A stretch of DNA of 64,000 bases from a virus: IMG/VR virus record IMGVR_UViG_3300034520_000378; one strand, written 5' to 3'. Position numbers and translations under genes: made by a program. This document shows, in pieces, positions 56,408-64,000 of the stretch. Each line of letters opens with the position of its first letter. Position 1 is the stretch's first letter. Under the pieces are notes generated by a model that did not search any database, was not told the origin of the DNA, and saw only the letters and a list, made by a program, of their open reading frames with translations.

Positions 56408-56614
56408 TTGAAAGCTATGCAGTCTTCTTCTGTTTACTTCGATGAGGTTAAGGAACGTACACTGCTTGCGCGTACGTCAAGGAAACACAGGATTAAGCGC
56501 GTTAGCTGGTGCACGTCGCCTATGGATGTCATCGATAGGCGGCGCCATCCGGAGTACCGCGCCAGCCGCGTGAAAGTGTATCACATTGACGCGCTTAAAC
56601 TTCAACACGCCTAA
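56408..56614 (+). CDS. Hypothetical basic protein
   Basis: 68-aa ORF with GGGAGG nearby. Confidence 0.45.
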   Translation: MKAMQSSSVYFDEVKERTLLARTSRKHRIKRVSWCTSPMDVIDRRRHPEYRASRVKVYHIDALKLQHA

Positions 56615-56709
56615 TCCTCTCTGTTGGAACAATTACCGCCAGCCCGAGGTCGCGGGGCGACTAACAAATACCGCGGCACCCCACCGGGGGAGGGTTAAAG
56701 GAGGTTAAC

Positions 56710-57285
56710 ATGTCGTTTAAGGTTGATTCGATTCGTGTCCAGTACAAGGAAGTCGATGGTACCCGCTTCTACTATGCTGACGTAGGCTCTGAAGTCCATG
56801 GACGCTATAGTTTTAGGCTTTGGATCTCCGGTCGTCTTGTTAAGCAGGTTGTAGACAAGGATGGCAATGTTACTTACCTGGTCACGTTCCCGGTGAAGGA
56901 TGCAGCAATCGTGCGGACGGAAAAAGGCACTCTTGTCCTGCGTCCAGTGCCCGGCAAGGTCACTCACAACATTCTGGTGCCATGTGGCTATCGCGGCACA
57001 TCGTCTATACAGGTCGATGACATGGCAGGCGTAGAGGTGTATACTTATTACGTGTACGAGTCTCCACGCGGGAACCTTGGTATCAGCACTGGCGCACTCA
57101 TCGTTGCTAATGACGTACCGGTGTTTGTCAACTGGTCGCGCTCCGGCAGGCTGTACGGTGTCCCGGACAAGGGTGTGCTTATCCTCTATCCGGACGGGGA
57201 CACATACGAGCGCGAGGCGTGCGAGTGCCTCGATGGACTGCCGGACCGTGAGGAGCTCGAGGAGCTTAAGGAACTTCTCTCCTAG
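56710..57285 (+). CDS. Hypothetical beta-rich protein
   Basis: 191 aa, AAGGAGGT RBS. Confidence 0.7.
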   Translation: MSFKVDSIRVQYKEVDGTRFYYADVGSEVHGRYSFRLWISGRLVKQVVDKDGNVTYLVTFPVKDAAIVRTEKGTLVLRPVPGKVTHNILVPCGYRGTSSIQVDDMAGVEVYTYYVYESPRGNLGISTGALIVANDVPVFVNWSRSGRLYGVPDKGVLILYPDGDTYEREACECLDGLPDREELEELKELLS

Positions 57286-57288
57286 GGG

Positions 57289-57642
57289 GTGATAAGAGTG
57301 TCGGCACAGCTGGAGCGCATTGTAGACCACCGTATCCTCAAGCATCCCCAGACGGGTCACATTGTCTATGTTAAGACAGGCTTTAACTGGTATGCTTTTC
57401 TGTTCGGCCCGTTCTGGTATATCTTCAATGATCTAGTCTTCCAAGGTCTGGCTTGGTTTGCTGTTAGTGCCGCTGCTACATCTCTCTTTAACATCGTCGG
57501 CTTAGTCCTTGTTTGGACTATTGCCGGCTTCACTGCTTATGATGCCAAGTACAAGCAGCTTTTGAAGAAGGGCTATGTCGACATTACTGCCGAGCTGCTT
57601 GAGCGCTGGCATACGGAGTCTGATCAGAGCCAAGCTAACTAA
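57289..57642 (+). CDS. DUF2628-like membrane protein
   Basis: GFNWYAFLFGPFWY..Y..L.KKGY. Confidence 0.65.
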   Translation: MIRVSAQLERIVDHRILKHPQTGHIVYVKTGFNWYAFLFGPFWYIFNDLVFQGLAWFAVSAAATSLFNIVGLVLVWTIAGFTAYDAKYKQLLKKGYVDITAELLERWHTESDQSQAN

Positions 57643-57721
57643 ATGCTACTACAGGCAGGAGGAGGCTGAATGTGATTCGGTTAAATCCTGCCTAAATCAT
57701 ATCACAGGAGAGGATAGCATT

Positions 57722-58102
57722 ATGGCTTTGTGTGCACGTAAATTTCTCCCACACGAGGATGGGGTTATCATCAACTGCATTATAGGCGCGCCTTCTTTGC
57801 ATGATGGTCTACAAAAGGCTGCTACTCAGCTAGGTAGATCGTTCCGTAGTGTTGAGAGCCGTTATAGGAGACTCAAGAGCAAAGGTCTTGTATCCGCTTC
57901 GGCGCAGAGCACAGCGCCGTCTTGTAAGGTGCATCAAACTTTTGCATCTGCACAGTCGGCAGCGAATTCTAACATGAACCGTGTCATCCAGCGCCTGCTG
58001 GACAATGCCGATGCGGTTGTCATCTATACAGGGGACTATGAGTGTCGAATTGTGCGTACCAAGCGCGTTCAGCTTGCGGCTGTCAAGCAGAGCACCGGCT
58101 GA
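57722..58102 (+). CDS. Putative Myb/RsfA-like HTH regulator
   Basis: F..HED.VI..AATQLGRS..SVESRY. Confidence 0.5.
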   Translation: MALCARKFLPHEDGVIINCIIGAPSLHDGLQKAATQLGRSFRSVESRYRRLKSKGLVSASAQSTAPSCKVHQTFASAQSAANSNMNRVIQRLLDNADAVVIYTGDYECRIVRTKRVQLAAVKQSTG

Positions 58103-58135
58103 CAGCCGGTATATGGCAGCCAGGACAAGTCCTAG

Positions 58136-58164
58136 TTGTATTCACCTTCCGCCGGTGTTATAAT
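58136..58164 (+). promoter_or_regulatory. sigmaA promoter
   Basis: TTGTAT-N17-TATAAT with TG extension. Confidence 0.65.
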
Positions 58165-58200
58165 GTGTGCAGGAGTTCCTGTGCAGGGAGGTGAGAGCTG

Positions 58201-58731
58201 GTGTCACAAACTACTCAACAGTCATCATCACCAGGGTCACACAGGGCGCGTGCATTCATAGCATTTATCATCGCTGGCATCATGTTACTAGAGTTTATCT
58301 ATCTTTACATCCCCCTGTTCCCCAGCTCCAGGAATACTTACCATTTCTACCTATACACCCTGTTTAGCGTGCTAAGTCCTATGAAAGCCCAGTTGGAGAC
58401 GCTGATACAGACTGATCCTAGCTTTCCATCTGAGTACCGCACTGACGAGTACATTCGGCTTCTGGACGGCCTTATCCGCCGATCCTACTTTGTGCTCATC
58501 GCTCTCCACTTGCGTTGTCCACCACTGGGCTACTGGAAGATGCATCGCTCCTACATAGAGGTCGCCAAGTTCTACATACGTTACTTCAAGACGGCTAAGC
58601 ACTATGTTCAGGATCCGCTTGACCCCAATGTAGAGGCTGAGTGTATGTTTCTACTGTACGAAATAGACCGTCTTAACAACGAACTATACCTAGAGGACCC
58701 GCTCACTGGTATAGTACCACTGCCCTACTAG
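58201..58731 (+). CDS. Hypothetical membrane-anchored protein
   Basis: Own promoter, GGAGGTG RBS, TM segment, downstream hairpin terminator. Confidence 0.65.
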   Translation: MSQTTQQSSSPGSHRARAFIAFIIAGIMLLEFIYLYIPLFPSSRNTYHFYLYTLFSVLSPMKAQLETLIQTDPSFPSEYRTDEYIRLLDGLIRRSYFVLIALHLRCPPLGYWKMHRSYIEVAKFYIRYFKTAKHYVQDPLDPNVEAECMFLLYEIDRLNNELYLEDPLTGIVPLPY

Positions 58732-58834
58732 AGGGACGAGTATTTGTGCTCGTCCCTTTTTCTTACTTGTTGTGTCTCGTAATATTGACGCCGTGATGCT
58801 TATATGTTATCCTAGTATCGGAGGTGATACGAGT

Positions 58835-59704
58835 ATGCCGTACTTTTCACACTGCGTTCCGTGTCTTCTAGCAGTTTGTACGGAGAAGTTCGACATGCCG
58901 GCGGATCTTGCCAACATGCTTGCGGCACAGGACGAGCGCGGACTGACGCTTTTGGAGCGTGTTATCCACTCTGACCACTTACTGCACAGCGCTCTTATGT
59001 CCTGTTCTGCGCGCACTCCTTGCGTTCCGGATACTCCTCAGTTCCTGTTTTCCCACGTTATGTCAGCCGTTGTATCATGTCCTGTAGTTGAGCCCGCCGT
59101 GGCAGACCGAGTCCTGGAGTATGCCAGTCAAATTGAGCATGAGATCCGGCACTGGACATTTACGCGGTTTATCAGGGCACGCTCGCCAGCACAGACTGAG
59201 CGCTATCTCTCTCCTATGTACATTGAACAGTACTACGGCCTGCACACTCTGCGTGGACCGGACCGTGCATACGTTCTCTGCCTGATTGGTAATCTACTGG
59301 TTACTGCACTTGGCGTTCCGGGGTTTCAGCCAAGCACGACGGCCACGCTTGTCGACTACTTTGTCATGTTGTGCCACGAGTGTCCGGCTATCCTTGATTT
59401 TGCTTCCCTTTCCTCTTTGTTGTCCAAACGAAATGGCAATCTCACGCAGGAACAAAGGGAACGCATATTCCAGCTTTTGCTTGATTATCCGTACTCAAGC
59501 GCTACCTACAGCGTGATTTCAACTATCGACTGCCCTAGTTGTTTTGTTAGAGCCTTAGCAGACATCCTGCTGAGTGACCGGGACGCTCCCGAGATGTTGC
59601 GTCTGCAGCGTGCCACGGCTCTGCTGGACCGCCAGGCTTGGCACCTTGATGAGCATATTGCGGTTGCTCTTGGGCTGCTCTGCAGCAGCTGTCCCACTAA
59701 TTAG
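58835..59704 (+). CDS. Hypothetical alpha-helical protein
   Basis: GGAGGTG RBS; TTGACG-N17-TATCCT at 58785-58813. Confidence 0.6.
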   Translation: MPYFSHCVPCLLAVCTEKFDMPADLANMLAAQDERGLTLLERVIHSDHLLHSALMSCSARTPCVPDTPQFLFSHVMSAVVSCPVVEPAVADRVLEYASQIEHEIRHWTFTRFIRARSPAQTERYLSPMYIEQYYGLHTLRGPDRAYVLCLIGNLLVTALGVPGFQPSTTATLVDYFVMLCHECPAILDFASLSSLLSKRNGNLTQEQRERIFQLLLDYPYSSATYSVISTIDCPSCFVRALADILLSDRDAPEMLRLQRATALLDRQAWHLDEHIAVALGLLCSSCPTN

Positions 59705-59720
59705 ACAGGAGGTGGTCAGT

Positions 59721-60083
59721 GTGGGCTACTATTCTGAAGTGATCATCGTAATTGCGAAGGATGCGCATGAGGCCTTCCTCAATGCGCTTGCAGCTCGAGC
59801 GTTTGAGCTGCAGTGTATCGGTGAATGCAGCCCGGCAGAACTGCTTGCGGCTGCAGAAAAGGAGGAACATCCTGATGCGGTTGTCTACCACTGGCCGTTC
59901 GTCAAGTGGTACGATAACTATGACCCTGACGTGATGGCCATAAGGGATGCACTCAAAGAGCTTGACTCTGACTGCTACAAGTTCTACCGCCTTGGTGAGG
60001 AGTACGGCGACTTTGAGGAAGATGGTAACTATCTTGGCGATCCACAGTTCTATATGGTGCACAGGCTTGAGATGCTGTCGTAA
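59721..60083 (+). CDS. Hypothetical phage protein
   Basis: AGGAGGTG RBS; MGYYSEV..W..VKWY..F.RLGE...D.E. Confidence 0.65.
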   Translation: MGYYSEVIIVIAKDAHEAFLNALAARAFELQCIGECSPAELLAAAEKEEHPDAVVYHWPFVKWYDNYDPDVMAIRDALKELDSDCYKFYRLGEEYGDFEEDGNYLGDPQFYMVHRLEMLS

Positions 60084-60164
60084 AGGAGTTGGCCGTGTTT
60101 TGCTTCATTACCGCCAGCCGGGCGGCGGACAGTAAATAGCCCGGCTATCTGAAAGGAGGTAATT

Positions 60165-60521
60165 ATGGAACTGGCAAACAGACTTATGGCACTGCTGAGC
60201 GTGCTACCTCAGAGGATCGAAGAAGCGGAAAAGGAGGTTGTCAGCGCAACCAATGCCCTCAAGGAAGCTGAAGATGCCCTGGCGATGAAGGAAGCCACAC
60301 TCATAATGGAAGGCAGGATCAACGGCAGGAATGAGACTGAGCGGAAAGCGCAGTTGCTCGCCCTCACTACCGATGAGCGCCGTGCTGTAACCGAGGCTCA
60401 GGAGCGGTTGTCGCTTGCCAAGCTCAGCTACAACAGGTTAGTCAACGAATTCAAAGCAGCCCGCTCCATTGCTCTTGTCATAGCTCAGCTGTCGGAATTC
60501 CAGGAAGCCCAGGAGGTATAG
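60165..60521 (+). CDS. Coiled-coil phage protein
   Basis: AAGGAGGT RBS; GRNETERKAQL. Confidence 0.7.
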   Translation: MELANRLMALLSVLPQRIEEAEKEVVSATNALKEAEDALAMKEATLIMEGRINGRNETERKAQLLALTTDERRAVTEAQERLSLAKLSYNRLVNEFKAARSIALVIAQLSEFQEAQEV

Positions 60522-60526
60522 GGGGT

Positions 60527-60709
60527 GTGTCTATGGATCCTTTGAAGGAACTGCTTTTGTTTGTCCAGGAACAGGAGGAGTTCTATTATCACCTGATGTG
60601 GGATGAGATGGCAAAGGGCAATATGGTTGGTATGGTTGCTATGCAGTGCCAGGCTGCAGCATTCCATAAGGTCCGCTGCAAGATCGAAGCTATGCTTGAA
60701 GAAGAGTAG
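60527..60709 (+). CDS. Hypothetical protein
   Basis: 60-aa ORF in operon. Confidence 0.5.
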   Translation: MSMDPLKELLLFVQEQEEFYYHLMWDEMAKGNMVGMVAMQCQAAAFHKVRCKIEAMLEEE

Positions 60710-60715
60710 AGGGAG

Positions 60716-61807
60716 GTGAATGTTTTGACTGCTGCTATTGATGCCAGTACTATGACTTTAGATCAGATTATGGCCGTTCTCCAGCTTTCAACTAATCTAC
60801 CGCGCTTTAAGTGCCGCCACTGCGGGAGGCATCATAGCTATGGCTGGCGACGCTGCTATGAACAGATAGGGGCACCGTTTGCGGATTTATCTCTTGCGTG
60901 CAATAGAGCATTTATCCACGCTGCCACTTTGTATGCGGAGGAGCTAGATGGTGGTACTCTTCTTCACCTGCCGGCCGTTCGTGTCTCAATCCCGCGTGTC
61001 ATTCCGTACAAGGTCGTGTTCTACAAACAGGAGGAAGCTTTATCGCTGCTTGAGCAGTACGTTGAAATACGCAATGCCATCCCGGAGCCACCACCCATTA
61101 CTCTGTTTGAAAAGCGTGTTCCGCTCTCCCTTATGCTCACACCACAGCAATACCGGGAACTGGTTTGTCGGCTGATGGACTCCCCTGCGTACAATGAGTA
61201 CACGGAGTGGCTTAAGAGCTTTGTACAGCAGGTTGTGAACTTTGTCACTGCACACCCTGTACTGTTTGTACCATCTGTACCGGTACAGACCAAGCTCTGG
61301 TTTGGTAGACAGTGTTCGGGGATACCAGGTCCATTCATGCCCGATGTCTACGTGCTTCCATCTGGGCATGACCAACCTCTCAGTCTCAACTCTATATTCT
61401 CACGCTTGGACGTGCTTAGTGCCCACCTTGTGCGGGCGGTATACAGCTTTCATGACTTCGGTTTTCTGGACCCACCACGTGCTGCCGTGCTTAATGGTAT
61501 GCTGTTGCTCTCTCCTGCTGGTACACACGAGTATACCGATGCGCAGTACTTATGCAAGACTACTCTCCTTCCCCTGGTCAATGGTTTCCAGTTCTCATTC
61601 CGCGTCAATACATTATCCAAGAATGGGCCACTAAACCATATTGACTGCAGTGATGGGATCACCGCCCGTCTTTCTGCATTATGCCACGAGCTTGACGCCA
61701 TCACCCGCCCTGCCTTTAAGGCCATGTTCAGGACGTATCTTGCTGACATGGGGCGCGCTATTTGCGCCAAGGAGGTGCAGTCATGCAACCCACCGCTGCC
61801 ACTCTGA
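60716..61807 (+). CDS. Hypothetical protein with N-terminal CxxC-H-C motif
   Basis: CRHCGRHH..RC. Confidence 0.55.
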   Translation: MNVLTAAIDASTMTLDQIMAVLQLSTNLPRFKCRHCGRHHSYGWRRCYEQIGAPFADLSLACNRAFIHAATLYAEELDGGTLLHLPAVRVSIPRVIPYKVVFYKQEEALSLLEQYVEIRNAIPEPPPITLFEKRVPLSLMLTPQQYRELVCRLMDSPAYNEYTEWLKSFVQQVVNFVTAHPVLFVPSVPVQTKLWFGRQCSGIPGPFMPDVYVLPSGHDQPLSLNSIFSRLDVLSAHLVRAVYSFHDFGFLDPPRAAVLNGMLLLSPAGTHEYTDAQYLCKTTLLPLVNGFQFSFRVNTLSKNGPLNHIDCSDGITARLSALCHELDAITRPAFKAMFRTYLADMGRAICAKEVQSCNPPLPL

Positions 61808-62613
61808 TTGAGGTTGTGGAGTGGGAGCCGGCCCTGCTTCAGACTATTGCAAATAAACTGGTGGCGGAGCTGTCGTTTGACATGTTCCATACCGTGTTTG
61901 AACGTCTTACTTCCCAGCCCTACTCTGTACAAGGGCGCCGCAAAAAGCTCAGGCCGTCGTTCTTGGCTGCAGCCCAGGAGCTTCCGTCTCTGTTCGATAA
62001 TATCAGAGTTCTATGTCGCCTTGGCATGGGTGATTCCCTGGTTGCCCGCCTGTTTCACGACTACTCCACGCTTTACGTGGACCGCGTTATACCGCCGCTT
62101 CGACAGCATGGTACTAAGCGCAATCTTGCCCATACAGCTATGTCCATGTTTAACAGCCTTTCAGGGCCGGTTGCTATGCTGAGTCTTGATTCTGATTCTG
62201 ATGTGCTTCCTTGTCTTGAGCCGATATCACGCATGGTTATCGCAATGACTGACTGCCTGTTGGAGCGACAGGTCAAGTCTACTACCGCTGCACGCACTGC
62301 GCGGATGCTTCTTGGGCGCTATCTCCACTTTGTCACACTCGTCAGCGACAGTCAGTCTATTATCGATCAGGTCATCCACTTACTCGCAAAGTACGCACTC
62401 CGGATGGGCAGCATATCTGTTGTTGAGTCGTTCTCGACGCTCACTACCTTGCCTGCCGATGTGATAGAGAAGCGCGTACTTGACTGCCTCGAGGAACCCC
62501 CGTGCCGAATACGTGATCCTCTGTATGCCGTTCTGCTACGCACGCTTGCGCGACTGCCTAACGCACCGGACCACGTCAAGGCTGCTGTCGAGCTTGCGCT
62601 GGTTAATCTCTAG
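61783..62613 (+). CDS. Hypothetical alpha-helical protein
   Basis: AAGGAGGTG RBS before ATG 61783. Confidence 0.6.
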   Translation: MQPTAATLIEVVEWEPALLQTIANKLVAELSFDMFHTVFERLTSQPYSVQGRRKKLRPSFLAAAQELPSLFDNIRVLCRLGMGDSLVARLFHDYSTLYVDRVIPPLRQHGTKRNLAHTAMSMFNSLSGPVAMLSLDSDSDVLPCLEPISRMVIAMTDCLLERQVKSTTAARTARMLLGRYLHFVTLVSDSQSIIDQVIHLLAKYALRMGSISVVESFSTLTTLPADVIEKRVLDCLEEPPCRIRDPLYAVLLRTLARLPNAPDHVKAAVELALVNL

Positions 62614-62628
62614 GAAAGGAGGGTTGCA

Positions 62629-62943
62629 ATGCCTAGAGTGTGTGTTGTAGGCGACAGTATAATTGGTATCTGTGACCACGGTCAGGAGTGCTGCCCGCAT
62701 AATGTTACCGGCTACTTCACCGAGGGCAGCCCAACCGTGTCCTTTAACAACAAACCGGTTGTCCGCGACGGTGACAGGTGCCGGACCACCTGTCCGCACT
62801 GCCATACAGGCTATGCAGTAGGCAGAGCGTCGCGTATTACAGTCGATGGCAAGCCGGTCCACCGCTTAGGCGATCCGGTTGTTCTCGGTGGCGGTACCGG
62901 GATATCGGTGACTGCATCAACCACAATGGAAGACAACTCGTAG
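62629..62943 (+). CDS. PAAR-domain spike-tip protein
   Basis: PRVCVVGD, GSPTV..NNKPVVRDGD, VDGKPVHRLGD; Cys/His metal ligands. Confidence 0.85.
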   Translation: MPRVCVVGDSIIGICDHGQECCPHNVTGYFTEGSPTVSFNNKPVVRDGDRCRTTCPHCHTGYAVGRASRITVDGKPVHRLGDPVVLGGGTGISVTASTTMEDNS

Positions 62944-62958
62944 GGAGGGTTGTGTTAT

Positions 62959-63498
62959 ATGCGGATACTGCTGATTGGTAAGGCTGGTTCAGGCAAAGAT
63001 ACTGTAGCAGACTATCTTGGCCAGCGGTATGGTTTTAAGCGGTATGCCTTTGCTGATAAGCTCAAACAGATAGCGCTTGAGCTGTTTCCTGATATGTTTA
63101 AGCAGGGCAAGCCGCGCTCCCTGCTCCAGAACATTGGTACCTACTTCCGCACGATTGATGAAGATGTGTGGGTCAACTATGTGCTCAAGCGTATCCAGGC
63201 TGAAGCCCCGGAGCATGCTGTTATATCCGACTGTCGCTATGCTAACGAGCTGCACAGGTGCCTCGAGGAGGGTTTTGTGCCGGTGCTGGTCGAGTGTCCG
63301 CTGGAGATACGAAACGCACACCTGATTGCGCGCGGCGACCAGCCTCTGACTCCCGCGCAGCAGAGCCATCCATCAGAAAACGATGTATTCAATGCGCTTG
63401 ATACAAGATACATCTACAAGCTCGATAACTCCGGTACACTGGATGAGCTTTATAGGCAGGTAGACGAGCTGATAGCGTACTGGACATCCTGCATATGA
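62959..63498 (+). CDS. Deoxynucleoside monophosphate kinase
   Basis: GKAGSGKDT, FADKLK, RSLLQ.IGT, D.WV, ISDCRY.NE, H.SE. Confidence 0.88.
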   Translation: MRILLIGKAGSGKDTVADYLGQRYGFKRYAFADKLKQIALELFPDMFKQGKPRSLLQNIGTYFRTIDEDVWVNYVLKRIQAEAPEHAVISDCRYANELHRCLEEGFVPVLVECPLEIRNAHLIARGDQPLTPAQQSHPSENDVFNALDTRYIYKLDNSGTLDELYRQVDELIAYWTSCI

Positions 63499-63565
63499 TG
63501 CACTACGGGGATGCCTCGTGGTGATTCCGCCTAGAGGTTGAGTTTTGAAGAGAGGAGGGGGCTCA

Positions 63566-63922
63566 ATGCGCCTATTCCGTACCGTCATCTCTATATATGT
63601 CTACTTCCTTTGCCGCCTCTGTATATCGGACTTTGAGTTTGGCTACGAGGCGGTTGACAGGTATGATACGCCCGAGGCTGTCACTTGCTCAGAGCTCATT
63701 GTCTTGATCGAGCGCCTTCCTCAGGCCACGCCGCAAGAGCTTGATCTGTTCTTTCAGGAGCTGGTCAGAGAACTTACAGAAGGTCCCTACCTGCTTCCTG
63801 CTAACCGCGAGCGTTTCGTCAGCCGGCTTCATGCTTTCCTTGATCTTGCCGGTGCTGAGCCTGAGGTGCGTGATATGTTTATCCAGGCAATTGAGACTGC
63901 TGAAGGGAGGAAGCAAATATGA
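63566..63922 (+). CDS. Hypothetical protein
   Basis: GGAGG RBS before ATG 63566. Confidence 0.5.
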   Translation: MRLFRTVISIYVYFLCRLCISDFEFGYEAVDRYDTPEAVTCSELIVLIERLPQATPQELDLFFQELVRELTEGPYLLPANRERFVSRLHAFLDLAGAEPEVRDMFIQAIETAEGRKQI

Positions 63923-64000
63923 AAGGAGGAAGCTCTATGGCAACTATTGAGTTCAAGTACCTATCCGTCCAGGTTCCGGACGATAAGGTACAGGAGTTCC

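Noticed and set aside
46000-64000. Genome-wide TAG reassignment suggested by two amber-interrupted ORFs
   Set aside because: Many clear genes end in TAG directly before the next RBS or terminator (e.g. 49346, 57285, 58731, 60521, 62613, 62943).

Overview
The whole window reads as part of a large contractile-tailed (myovirus-like) phage or prophage of a spore-forming, flagellated Firmicute; no host/phage junction is visible. It has three blocks. (1) 1-34950, minus strand: a virion morphogenesis operon with terminase, portal, prohead protease/scaffold, capsid, neck, two sheath paralogues, tube and an amidase-tube fusion, plus speD, a subtilase, a metallophosphoesterase and a tRNA-like RNA. (2) 35000-45650, minus strand: an accessory island with a complete sigma28-driven flagellin gene, a short csrA, a Type ISP restriction-modification enzyme and a secreted thermonuclease, several of them behind sigmaH-like promoters. 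(3) 45950-64000, plus strand: small putative early genes, ssb, a HARP-SNF2 helicase, PAAR and a dNMP kinase. Selfish elements are dense: two group I introns (tail tube, with a LAGLIDADG HEG; terL), a class-3 intein beginning with Gly, an IsrB/omegaRNA element and group IIC intron remnants. The most novel-looking signals are (a) a repeated early-gene control unit, GCTCCGC-N16/17-GGTG followed by a leader hairpin whose loop pairs with covariation over the start codon, (b) the phage-borne flagellin-CsrA cassette, (c) a tRNA mimic without an anticodon arm and (d) a 185-nt four-way-junction element. All calls come from motif reading by eye; no database searches were run.
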